Source: a plasmid
Strand: one strand, 5' to 3'
Sequence record: NZ_CP085281.1
Length of the DNA: 64,000 nt
In this document: positions 18,914 through 28,482 of the stretch, piece by piece
How the letters are laid out: each line of letters starts with the position of its first letter
Position numbering within the stretch: the stretch's first letter is position 1
Position numbers and translations under genes: made by a program
The notes under the pieces: generated by a model
The model's input: the letters and a program-made list of their open reading frames with translations, nothing else
The model's database searches: none
Told to the model about the DNA's origin: nothing

Positions 18914-21376
18914 TCATCGTGGCCGCGCATTTGTTGGTAGGGAGGGGGTTCCGAGGTCGACCGCGAGGCGACGGCTCGTGTCGATCTGAGTGAGTTTGTC
19001 TTTCACCCCGGCGAGGCTGACTTGGAGTCCCTCGACTTCGCCGAGCCAGCCGTGAAGTTTGGCCTCCTCGATTCGGTCCTCGAGGTTGCTGCGGATCTCT
19101 TCCAGGCGTGGTCGTTGCGCTGGGTCCGGCCGGAGAAGCGAACATCGGACGCAAGCGTGCTCGTGAAAACACGGCGTTCCAAACGCGCGGCCGCACGTCC
19201 CGACCGACACCTTGCGCTTCTCGAAGTGGGCGAGGAAGTCGTCCCACTCGTCCTCGGTCGGGGTCCGGTACTCCTCGCTGGGTCGGGTTGCCCGTCGGCG
19301 AGCGATGAACGCTCGGTGGGCTTCGATCGCTTCCATGGGGTAGACGGCTTTGTATCCCATGGTTGTGTCAATTGTCTTGTGCCCGCAGATGATTTGGGCG
19401 ATGTGCGGTGGTAGCCCGCTCATGATTGCGTCGGTGACGAAGATCCTTCTGAAGTCGTGGGGCGAGAAAATCAGCGGTTCGCCGGTGGCGTCGGTGAGCC
19501 CGCTGGCGGCGAGTGCGTCGATGAGCAGTTTGCGGATCGCACTGGGTGTGAAGGGGCGGTGCTCGTTGCCGATGGCGCGTTGGAACAGCAGCGGCATCGG
19601 CGGGTTCCAGACTCGCTCTCGGGTGTCGTAGGACGGCACCAGGGGTATCGCACCGCTTGGTGCGCGGAGGCGGGTGATGATGGCGCTGAGCACGTCGGCG
19701 AGTTCGGGGCTGACGAGCAGCAGGCGTTCGGTGTCGGTCTTGGAGGGGGCGATCTGCAGCAGCGGCACCACTTCGCCGCTGGAGGGCAGGCGGTATTCGG
19801 TGATGCTGTGGTGGCTGAGTTCAAGCAGTTCCTCACAGCGGATGCCGGTCAGTCGCAATACTTCAATCGTCGCGAACGCCCAGAACGCCTCGTCGTCCTC
19901 GTAGGACAGGTTGCGCCGTTTGCCCGTGGCCGTGTCGTCGGCCCAGACGTGGCGGCCTATGGCTTTGGGGACGTGCGCTTTCCGTAATTTGGCGTCGGTG
20001 CCGGGGATCAGGGTTCCAGACACCGTCTGGTCAGCGGCCTGCAAGAACTGTTGTGCGGTGCGGCGGCGCTCGTTCGCGGTGCGCACCAGCACCGGCAGCA
20101 CAGGCAGTCGTTCGCGGGTGCGCTGGTCCATCCGAGCCTTGCGGTGTTTGCGTTCCTTGGCTCGTCGGATCTCGGCGTCGCCAATCGGGCAGGGAGCCGC
20201 CCACCGGGCCCATCGGGCGGGATCGTCGACGGCCCATTGAGCGATGTCGAGGTAGAACGCTCGCACCCGGAGTAGTTCGTCTTTGGCGTTGAGTCGCGGG
20301 GTTGCGACCTCGATCTGCTCACCGGCGGCGTTGGTGATCGTTCGCTTCTTGGTGGCCAGGTCGTCCTTCCAGGTCCGGATGACGTCCTGGGGCAGCTGCA
20401 GGGTGTCGATGCCCGGTGCGATGGCTTCGATGCGGGCCCAGAACAGCCCGGCCAGGCTGCGGGAGATCGCGTCGATGCTGGCGAAGTCCAGCGACGGCTG
20501 ACGTTCCCGCAGGTAGTCGACAAGCAGGTCGCGAATGGGTCGGCAACGCAACGGATATCGATCCACTAATTCTTCGATCGTGAGTCGCCCGGTGGCTTGC
20601 CCGAATGCGCGAATCGTGTGCGGCGCATCGTCGGGGAAGATGCCAATCGCACGCAGGCGTAGGTAGAAGTCGACCTTCTTTTGTCCGCCGCGAGCGTGTA
20701 CCTGGCGCAGGGTGTCGACCAGTTCGACACAGTCGCCGACAGTGATGTCGGCGACACGTCCGCCCTTGCACGCGAGGATGGTCGCGATCCTGGTCGCCGC
20801 GACCCGCGCGTCGACGGCGGAGCTGGCCGGTTGGGTCTCGGCGAGTCGCCGCAGCTGGGCGAACCCTTGCGGGTCTCTGATGTGCGCCATCGCACCGGCC
20901 AGCCGGGCGTGGGTGCGGGTAAGCATCCACGGCACACCCGGACGGATGACGTCGCCGCAGATCAACACGAGCAGGCCCGAGGCCAGATCGTCGACGTCGT
21001 ACGACGCGTCCTGACCGCGCTCCTGCAGCCACCTCAGTGAGAGCCCGGTCCAGGTCTTGCCGGGATGCTGCTCGACGCCACTGAGTTCCCAACGCTGTTG
21101 CCAGGTGTCGCCCGGAAACGTCGCCAGCCAGTCCAGCAGCTTGGTCACACCGCGTCGTCGACCCGCCTGGGTCCCCTTGACATCCGAGGTAAACAATCCG
21201 GAGGTCAGCCTGACCATGGTGTCCTGGGCGGTTCCGGCCGTGGCTGCCCCACAATGCTCGGGCTGACGGGCGGGGAACCGTTCGCGCAGCTGCTTGTTCC
21301 GCCCGCTGATCTGAGTCTTGGTCGCATTCGCCACGGCAAGTGGTTTGCGCGCAACGTGTTTGGCGATCGTGGTCAC
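18914..21376 (-). CDS. Large tyrosine recombinase (TnpB-like) of element B
   Basis: Catalytic SPHDFRR, HKTIDTTMGY and a terminal Tyr. C-terminal Cys/His tail (GTCGRAFGTPCFHEHACVRC). A GTG start overlaps the tnpA stop (ATGTGA). The annotated 990-aa ORF's N-terminal extension is rejected. Confidence 0.7.
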   Translation of the reverse strand: MTTIAKHVARKPLAVANATKTQISGRNKQLRERFPARQPEHCGAATAGTAQDTMVRLTSGLFTSDVKGTQAGRRRGVTKLLDWLATFPGDTWQQRWELSGVEQHPGKTWTGLSLRWLQERGQDASYDVDDLASGLLVLICGDVIRPGVPWMLTRTHARLAGAMAHIRDPQGFAQLRRLAETQPASSAVDARVAATRIATILACKGGRVADITVGDCVELVDTLRQVHARGGQKKVDFYLRLRAIGIFPDDAPHTIRAFGQATGRLTIEELVDRYPLRCRPIRDLLVDYLRERQPSLDFASIDAISRSLAGLFWARIEAIAPGIDTLQLPQDVIRTWKDDLATKKRTITNAAGEQIEVATPRLNAKDELLRVRAFYLDIAQWAVDDPARWARWAAPCPIGDAEIRRAKERKHRKARMDQRTRERLPVLPVLVRTANERRRTAQQFLQAADQTVSGTLIPGTDAKLRKAHVPKAIGRHVWADDTATGKRRNLSYEDDEAFWAFATIEVLRLTGIRCEELLELSHHSITEYRLPSSGEVVPLLQIAPSKTDTERLLLVSPELADVLSAIITRLRAPSGAIPLVPSYDTRERVWNPPMPLLFQRAIGNEHRPFTPSAIRKLLIDALAASGLTDATGEPLIFSPHDFRRIFVTDAIMSGLPPHIAQIICGHKTIDTTMGYKAVYPMEAIEAHRAFIARRRATRPSEEYRTPTEDEWDDFLAHFEKRKVSVGTCGRAFGTPCFHEHACVRCSLLRPDPAQRPRLEEIRSNLEDRIEEAKLHGWLGEVEGLQVSLAGVKDKLTQIDTSRRLAVDLGTPSLPTNARPR

Positions 21377-22626
21377 ATCGACCTCCCGAACAGGACGCTC
21401 AGCGACTGCGGGTCGTAGCCCGGCGCCGGCGGCGGTGGAACCGGATCTTCGCGCCGCGCCGCTTGCCGCGCGTGGTGAGCCAGCACACTCGCTACGACCT
21501 CCTCTTTGGAGGGCGTCAAATACAACTCGGTGGTGGTCAAGTGGGCGTGGCCCATCACCCACTGCACGTCGCTCAACGTCATCTGCGGATCCCGCGCCAT
21601 CCGCATCGCGGCGCTGTGCCGCAGGTCGTGCAACGTCCAATCCGAGCCCAGGCAGGCATTGGCCCGCTCGAACATCCTGTGCGCGGCGTGATAGGTCAGC
21701 GGACGGTGTGGTCGGCGTAGTGTCCACCACAGCGGCCGGGTCCGGCCACGCGGCAACTTGGCCTGCAGGTCTTGCTGATACAGGCGGAGCCACACAAATG
21801 CGTCCGCCGCCGCGGGCAGTTGCTGTATGGCGCGGGAACCCTTGCGCACCACGGTGATCAGTTGTTGGCCTGGGTCGACATCGCACTGGCGAACCCCCAG
21901 CAGCTCGGACGCGCGGGCTCCCGTTGAGATCCAGAATGCAACCATTGCTCGGTCCCGATTCGACGGCAGCGCGGTGAACAGCGTGTTGAACCGATCGTCG
22001 GGTATCGCCCGCGGAATCCGCTGCGGCATTTTGGGGCGATAGCGCCCTACACGGTCGTGCTTCCAGGCCTCCATCGGGTTGTGGTGGGCATTCGCCCGCT
22101 CCGACCGACGTGCGATATCGAGGGGAAACGGATTCAAGATCGGTCCGGCACCGAGGTCACGCTGGAAGTCGTAGAAGCCGCGTAGCACCGTCTCGCTGTG
22201 AGCGATCGTCGCCGGGGCATACCCGGGGCCGAGGGCGGCCTTGCCCGTTACGGGGTTCGGCGGCCCAACCGACTCCACGGTTGCAACCACTTGGTCCGAC
22301 GATGGCCTTCTCCGGTGTTTGACCGTCAGCTGAATCCAACAGCTGAAATCGCGCGCTTCGATCCGCGTCGCGCGGCGCCAATCGACATCGACCGCGCCGA
22401 GGAATCTCCACCACCGCAGCAAGTCCATGCCGTAGGAACGCAGCGTCGCTGGAGAACGCCCAGCCGCGAGCAGCTCCCGTAGAAACGCGGCCACTGATTC
22501 CACGACGGCGCCCTCGGCGTCGATCAACCGGTAAGGCTCACCCAGATCGCCGGTTGAGGCGAGCTCCCCACAGCGAGAAACAACAAGACGGGCTACATCC
22601 CTGGTTTGTACTGGCTCTTGGTTCAT
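21373..22626 (-). CDS. Small tyrosine recombinase (TnpA-like) of element B
   Basis: 417 aa with a phage-integrase catalytic domain (R ... HDLRHSAAMRM ... GHAHLTTTELY). Confidence 0.75.
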   Translation of the reverse strand: MNQEPVQTRDVARLVVSRCGELASTGDLGEPYRLIDAEGAVVESVAAFLRELLAAGRSPATLRSYGMDLLRWWRFLGAVDVDWRRATRIEARDFSCWIQLTVKHRRRPSSDQVVATVESVGPPNPVTGKAALGPGYAPATIAHSETVLRGFYDFQRDLGAGPILNPFPLDIARRSERANAHHNPMEAWKHDRVGRYRPKMPQRIPRAIPDDRFNTLFTALPSNRDRAMVAFWISTGARASELLGVRQCDVDPGQQLITVVRKGSRAIQQLPAAADAFVWLRLYQQDLQAKLPRGRTRPLWWTLRRPHRPLTYHAAHRMFERANACLGSDWTLHDLRHSAAMRMARDPQMTLSDVQWVMGHAHLTTTELYLTPSKEEVVASVLAHHARQAARREDPVPPPPAPGYDPQSLSVLFGRSM

Positions 22627-22652
22627 GGCCGAAAGCTATCGGGGCCGGCGCA

Positions 22653-24833
22653 TTACGCCGCGCCACGCCACGCGGCTGGGCCAGTTAGTTCAGTCAACGG
22701 TGCGTGTTCGTGTGCGCAAGGAGTGCCGTAAGCGCGGCCGCAGACTCCCAATTCGACTTTCCTCTTGGTGAAATGTTGATGGAATTCATCGAGTTCATCT
22801 TCGGTTGGCTCTCGATACTCTTCGGATGGCCGCATGGATCGTCTGCTCTCAACGAACTTGCGGTAGTGGTTAATGACGTCTTCTTGGTAAATCGCTGTGT
22901 AGCCCTGGGTTGTGTTGATGTTCTCGTGACCCATGAGCCTCGCGAGGATGTGCACGGGCAGCCCGCCCGCCAGCGCGTCTGTCGCAAACACTCGCCTGAA
23001 GTCATGCGGCGACACCTTCAGGGGCTGTCCCGCCGCGTCGGTCAGGCCGCTCTGCGTGATCGCGTTCGAGATCATCGTGGTCATGTGGCCGGCGGACATT
23101 ATTCGCCTCTGGGTCCCGTGAACACGCTGGAATAGATAGGGCAACGGCACCGTGGTCACTCGCTCGTAGGGGTCGTACCGTGGAACGCAGGGAACTTGGG
23201 CGCTGCCAGCCCGCACACGGTGGCGGACTTGAGCCAGGACGTGGGCCAGTTCGGGGGGCACCATCAAGATGCGTTCCTTGTCGGACTTCGATGGGGCGAT
23301 CTGTAGTAGCGGGATCACGCCTCCGTCTGGTAGCCGATAGGTGAAGAGGGCAGTCGCGGTGATCTCCGAAAGTTCCTCCAGCCGAACTCCGGTGTAGTAG
23401 AACGTGTTGACGACCGCCCACGTCCAGAACGCAAGATCCTCGGATCGATCGAGGTCAACGCGTTCACCGGTATCAACTTTCGTGGCCCAGGTTCGTCCGG
23501 TCGGCTTATAGGACCCCATACTGGCGGAGGTGAGTTCAGTTCGTTCGTAGACATTGCCATCGAAGGTGAACCGCTGTCCCGCTGAATGTCTCAGCGCCAA
23601 CGCTAAGAAGTCGCGCTGGGACTGGCGCTGCTCATCGACGGCGGCGAGCAACTTCGGCATCGCAGGCAAGATCTGCCGGGTCTTTTGCTGCAGTCGGGCC
23701 TGGACCTGGCGCTTGTGCTTAGCCGCTCCGCGTGTGTCATCACGCGTGAGGAAACACGGTGCAGCCCAATGAGCCCATTCTGCATCTTGGGTAGCCCAGT
23801 GCGCGATGTCGAGGTAGAACGCTCTGACCGCGATGAGCATTGGGTACGGATCCGTGCCGGCTGCATGGTTAGCCTGCTTCCACCGACGACCGACCTCTGC
23901 CGGCAGAGCGAAGGTCGTTAGCCCAGGATTCTCGTCCTGGATCACTCTCCAAAACCGTCCGCAGAGCTTGTAGGCAAGTGAGCGCAGCGTCACGTAGTCC
24001 GTCACTGCCGCCCGCTCGTGGAGGTACCGGACGAAGACGTCCCGTTGTGGTTGCGCGATCTCGTAGAAGTCAACCATCTCTTCAACGGTGTACTGCCCTC
24101 GGCGGGCGATCTGGCGCAGCGGAAGAGCGTCCGCTGGGATGGCTCCGTGCATCTGAAGCAGATCCCAGGCGTAGTCGACCCCGTCGTTCTTCCCCTTCGT
24201 GCGCAGAATCTCCTGGCGGTAGAACAGGACATCATCTGCCTTCAGGTCTCGAATAGCCTTGCCGGTAAACAGCATCATCCGCTCAATCGCTGTCACAGCC
24301 TGGTGGAATTGCCTTGAAGCGGTTCCTTTTTCATCGTCGAAAGTCTTGGCCTTCGTATAGAAGTCGGGATCCCTGAGCTTGCCGGCGACTGTCGGTGCTG
24401 TGTTGAGCCTCGCGAACCTGAGCCAGTAGTAGGACGGTCGGATCGCGTCGAGGATCAGCAGTACGCCCACAGCAATCTTGGATTCCTGGGACTGTGAGAC
24501 GGCGGACAGATGGCTCCACGGATCTCCCAATCGCTGCATCCAGTCGGCGCCCTCCTCGTCACAGCCGGCATTAATCCACCGCTGCTGCCAAGAGTCTCCT
24601 TCGAAGGCCTGCAACGCAACGCAGAGTACGCGTAGCCCACGCTTCACCGTATCCGGGCGGGCCTTGTGAATCGGAAGCCGAAGAGCTTGCTCAGTTAGGC
24701 TGTCCACATCCAATCTGGTTGCAGGCCAGCTTGTGTCACGGCGAGGCGGCATGACGGCGGCTCTCATACCCAGTGGTACGGGGGCCTGCGGAGCGACGGG
24801 CCCGATCGCGGGTGCGGCGCCAAGTCTCGTCAC
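22653..24833 (-). pseudogene. Large tyrosine recombinase (TnpB-like) of element A, 3'-truncated by the insertion of element B
   Basis: Paralog of 18914-21376. Ends ...GTPCAHEHA then runs into element B sequence. The GTG start overlaps the tnpA(A) stop (caGTGA at 24830-24833). Confidence 0.65.
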
Positions 24834-26056
24834 TGTGCACCGCCGAACAGCTCGTCCATGTCGGCCGCCGAGTAATCCGCGGCGAGGGTGGCCGAGATTG
24901 CGCTGTCGATCTGCGGGCCCGCAGCCATTCGCTCTCTGAGCCACTTGTAGTGGGTTTGGGCATGAGTGAAGACGTCGGCTTCTCTAGGCCGGAGGTACTT
25001 CTGGGTCGTTACGAGCGACGAATGCCCGAGAATCGTCTGAATATCGGTGAGGGTCATGTTCGGGTCCTCCTGCATCCGCATCGCTGCGGTGTGGCGCAAA
25101 TCGTGCAGCGACCAGTTGGCCCCGAGTGTGTCGTTGACGCGACGCAGGACTGCTCTCAACGCGTCGTATCCGAGTGGTCGATAGGGTTTGCGAATGGTCC
25201 ACCACGCCATCGACTCTGGTTGCGTCAGTTCCGTCGGCAGGGTCGCTTGGTAGAGGTTGAACCAGACAAAAGCGTCAGGCGATGCTGGGATACGCTGCAA
25301 CACGCGAGTGCCCTTCCTCAGGACCGTTATCGTCTGCTCGTCCCACCGCACCATCCCGTTAGTGAGGCCGAGCAGCTCAGCTGGCCGGGCAGCACTTGAT
25401 AGGTAGAAGGCGATCAGCGCACGGTCGCGATGAGACGAGAGGCCACGAAACACATTGTCTACGTCTGCGTCTGAGAGATGGCGTGGTGTCAGTGATGGGG
25501 CCTTCTGGCGGTAGTCGCCGCGCCGCTCCGTAGGGAGCAGGCGCATCGGGTTGTGGTGAGCTGCATAGCGGTCACCGTCGCGAGCCACCCTGGTCGGCAC
25601 TGGGTTCACCAACGGCCCCGTTCGTGCGTGCACGTGGAAGTCGTAGAACGCGGCCACCACCGAAAGGTTGTGATTGATGGTGGTGGGCGCGTAACCGTCG
25701 CCCGCGTACCGTTTTCCCGTCACCGAATTCACAGAGCCTGGAATGTGCTTCTTGGCGACGCGACGACGGTACTTGACGGCAACCTTCATCCACGCCACGA
25801 AATCTCGCACATCCTCGCGTGTGGCCGCCGCCCATGGACGATCGATATGCCAGAGAAAGCGAAACCAGCGGAGTAGCGCCTGGGAATACGACTTCGCGCT
25901 TGAATTGCTGTTATCGCGAATTGTGAAATCGAGCAGGAACTCACTGCAGCATTGAACCGCATCGCCGGAACCGTCGAGCACAATCCAGGAAGGGATCCCG
26001 CTCGGCTGAGCGATTATTCGACCAATCCTACAAATTTCGTATATCGGCATTGGCAA
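24830..26056 (-). CDS. Small tyrosine recombinase (TnpA-like) of element A
   Basis: 408 aa. HDLRHTAAMRM ... GHSSLVTTQKY. Paralog of 21373-22626. Confidence 0.75.
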   Translation of the reverse strand: MPMPIYEICRIGRIIAQPSGIPSWIVLDGSGDAVQCCSEFLLDFTIRDNSNSSAKSYSQALLRWFRFLWHIDRPWAAATREDVRDFVAWMKVAVKYRRRVAKKHIPGSVNSVTGKRYAGDGYAPTTINHNLSVVAAFYDFHVHARTGPLVNPVPTRVARDGDRYAAHHNPMRLLPTERRGDYRQKAPSLTPRHLSDADVDNVFRGLSSHRDRALIAFYLSSAARPAELLGLTNGMVRWDEQTITVLRKGTRVLQRIPASPDAFVWFNLYQATLPTELTQPESMAWWTIRKPYRPLGYDALRAVLRRVNDTLGANWSLHDLRHTAAMRMQEDPNMTLTDIQTILGHSSLVTTQKYLRPREADVFTHAQTHYKWLRERMAAGPQIDSAISATLAADYSAADMDELFGGAQ

Positions 26057-26115
26057 TTGGTCCTTCCGTGCGGCGAGAGAAGCCGACTCCAGTCGACCAG
26101 CCTCAGGCCCCTTCG

Positions 26116-26703
26116 CTAAGCCGACACACCGGTAGTTCGGTCAACATGTCGAACGGCGGCCGGAGTGTCCAGCAGCGCCGGGATCCGCCTGTCGGCCCAG
26201 TACTGACTCTCCACGCTGACACCCAGCCACACGTTCGGCAGAAACCCCTGCAGTTGCCCGTGATTGGGCCAGTACTGCTCGCGTGACGGCCGCTGCGCCA
26301 TGACGTGCTCACCGAAATCGGTGACCGCCGCCCAGAACCGAGCACTCCTGAGCAGGGAGCGCATCCGACCGTGCCGCTTGGTCAACACCTGAAAGGTGTG
26401 GGTGGCGCAGCTCTGCATCACCGCGAACACGTGCGCGATGTACTCGTCGGGCACCTTCTCGTGGAACAAGTCACCGGTGGAACACACGAACACCTTGCGC
26501 GGCGCCCGCCAACGCATCGGCTGATCGAGCCGCTCCGGCCACAACGTGACATCAAACCCGTTGGGCCACGCCTTGGTTCCCGCAAATCGGCGAGCATTCC
26601 TGGCGGCGTAGCAGTTGTCGCATCCCGGCGAGATTGGGGTGCACCCGGTGACCACCGGCCACGTCGAATTGGTCCATTCGATCTTGCTGCGAGCCCCCAT
26701 CAC
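26116..26703 (-). pseudogene. Gp37/Gp68 (DUF5131) gene, N-terminal fragment
   Basis: SKIEWTNSTWPVVTGCTPISPGCDNCYAARNARR is the hallmark N-terminus. The frame ends 8 codons into element A. Confidence 0.7.
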
Positions 26704-26981
26704 AGCACCCCGTCATCGGGCCGCCACGTCTCGGGCTTGCCTTCAGCCTGCACCAGCGGGTAGGCCGGAACACACCCGCGGTTGCGTGCGTGACTCAGCG
26801 CGTCGACGACAGCCGCCTTCGGCAGCAGCCACCGTCGCGGCCCTTCCCAGCCGCAGCTGCACACGGCCTGGCGGCGCCGGCGCCCGGGCGCGGCCAGCAC
26901 GCCGACCACCGCTGCGCGCGGCGTGTCCGGATCTGTTGGCACCGGCCTCGTTTCGGTACGCACTGCGTCAACGTTGATCAT
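26700..26981 (-). CDS. small hypothetical protein
   Basis: Stop/start overlaps with both neighbours (ATGA), so it is operonic. Confidence 0.35.
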   Translation of the reverse strand: MINVDAVRTETRPVPTDPDTPRAAVVGVLAAPGRRRRQAVCSCGWEGPRRWLLPKAAVVDALSHARNRGCVPAYPLVQAEGKPETWRPDDGVL

Positions 26982-27703
26982 CGCGATTCTCCTGTCGCAC
27001 TGGTGATGTCGATGCCGTGATGCGTCGCCACGGCGGTCAGCACCGAACACGGGGACCGCACGATGCACTCGCACGACCCGATGGTGTCTTCGAACTCTCC
27101 GGCCCACGAACCAGCAATGAACGTGCACGCCCAGCACGCCACGATCGCCTCAGGGCAGTGCTTCGCTCCGACGCCGTGCGTGTCCTCGATCCCGCCGTCC
27201 CAGCAGCCCTCGCACACCACCCCAACCGGGCGATGCCGAGTGATGTGGGCCAGCAGCTCGGACACCGCACCGGGCTCCAGCCGCCCGGACACCGCGTCGT
27301 TGTGGGCGGCCAGGACCGCACGCACGATGACGGCCAACAGATCGGGATCGTGCCCGGTGTTCTCGATCAATCCCCGCTCGACTGGATCTGGTGCGTAGGA
27401 GCCGATTTCGTCTTCCACTGTGTTCAGGTGCAGAGCGACGATCCAGCCGCACCGCTCACAGCGGCGCGTACTCAAATGCGGGTTGGCGTAGTCGTAGCGA
27501 CCCCATTTACGGGCCAGCGTGACCCGTTCCCCGCACACCCCGTGCAGCTCGGCGTCACGGGCCGCTCGCCCCCTGCGCCGGCCTTCGTCGATCAGGGGCA
27601 CGGCCTCCAGCAGGTCCACCGCGTGGCGGCGATGCCGTCCGGGCCCAACGCCGAATCGGTCAGCCGGCGTCATCACCGCGGCACCGACACCGTCGGCGTT
27701 CAC
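26978..27703 (-). CDS. Cys-rich hypothetical protein
   Basis: C-terminal cluster of Cys/His (CEGCWDGG ... CPEAIVACWACTF ... CECIVRSPC). The GTG start overlaps the ASCH gene stop (GTGA). Confidence 0.4.
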   Translation of the reverse strand: MNADGVGAAVMTPADRFGVGPGRHRRHAVDLLEAVPLIDEGRRRGRAARDAELHGVCGERVTLARKWGRYDYANPHLSTRRCERCGWIVALHLNTVEDEIGSYAPDPVERGLIENTGHDPDLLAVIVRAVLAAHNDAVSGRLEPGAVSELLAHITRHRPVGVVCEGCWDGGIEDTHGVGAKHCPEAIVACWACTFIAGSWAGEFEDTIGSCECIVRSPCSVLTAVATHHGIDITSATGESR

Positions 27704-28215
27704 CGCGTCACCCCGGCGCGCTCGACGACATCGACGGGCGGAATCCAGAGCCCAAGTGCGCCTGGACATGGGATGGGCTCCGCCAGCGGCGTGCGGTCTT
27801 CGAGCACCAGATGCACCACGCGCCGCCGCTGCCGCCCGCCGTGTTCGACATAGCTCGATTCCCCCCACGGCTTGCAGCAGCCGGCGTCGAGATGGCAGTC
27901 GACGAGGACCGCGGCCCCGATGACGGCCGACATGTCCAGAGCGCCGGCCAGCGAGCGCCCGTGGGCGGCCTGTTGAATCAACGGCGACTCATCGCCGCGC
28001 TGTGACCACCGCGCCCCCGCGTGGATGAGTAGCGGGCCCCGATGAGCCCACGCCTGCGAGCGGTTTTCCACGTCCTTGCCGGCCGACACAATCGCCCACG
28101 CCCACGGCTGCTGAATGGTGATCGCCCGCACGCCGAGGTCGGCGACACGGGCACCCCGCCGCGGTTGGCGCGTCGACGGCGTGGCCCCCGAGATCACGGT
28201 GGACGGGTGTGGCAT
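27700..28215 (-). CDS. ASCH domain protein
   Basis: ITIQQPWAWAIVSAGKDVENRSQAWAHRGPLLIHAG fits the ASCH/PUA-like fold signature. Confidence 0.55.
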   Translation of the reverse strand: MPHPSTVISGATPSTRQPRRGARVADLGVRAITIQQPWAWAIVSAGKDVENRSQAWAHRGPLLIHAGARWSQRGDESPLIQQAAHGRSLAGALDMSAVIGAAVLVDCHLDAGCCKPWGESSYVEHGGRQRRRVVHLVLEDRTPLAEPIPCPGALGLWIPPVDVVERAGVTR

Positions 28216-28482
28216 CGGCAATCCTCTCCTGGAGTTGCTGCAGATCGTAACGCCAGATTCCGCGCACTCATGGGCTCGCTGCCTGCGAGTTTCACGGCAC
28301 AAGGGCCATTGTTTTCCACCTACGGTGACTATTTGCGGCTTGGGCTGGCCGAGTCGCACCGCCACACCAGCGGCGATGCCACGTCCCCCGACTCCGACCG
28401 AACTGATCGACCGCCTGAACCGCCCGACGGCGCCCGAGGCGCTTCGTGAGTAGGGGAACGCTGAGGGACGGAGCGCGGCGGC

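Larger units (their letters stand above)
18876..22700. mobile_element. Tn554-like element B (3.8 kb), nested inside tnpB of element A
   Basis: Ends are cc-GTTGACTGAACTAACTGG and GTTCAGAGAAGCT, near-identical to the ends of element A. Excision restores HEHA|CIRC in tnpB(A). Confidence 0.6.
18593..26147. mobile_element. Tn554-like two-tyrosine-recombinase element A (about 3.7 kb of its own sequence), carrying the nested element B
   Basis: Interrupts the Gp37/Gp68 gene. Left end (minus-strand reading) is at-GTTGACCGAACTACCGG; right end is GTTCGGAGAAGCT. Removing the element restores the AAVRHLSMEPLL reading frame. Confidence 0.6.

Noticed and set aside
18914-21886. Full 990-aa reading of the large recombinase ORF
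   Set aside because: The first ~170 residues are Arg/Ala-rich junk overlapping tnpA in another frame. A GTG overlapping the tnpA stop gives a product comparable in length to its paralog.
18600-26100. Recombinase-in-trio (RIT) element interpretation
   Set aside because: There are four recombinase genes arranged as two small-plus-large pairs with conserved unit termini, not three consecutive different recombinases.
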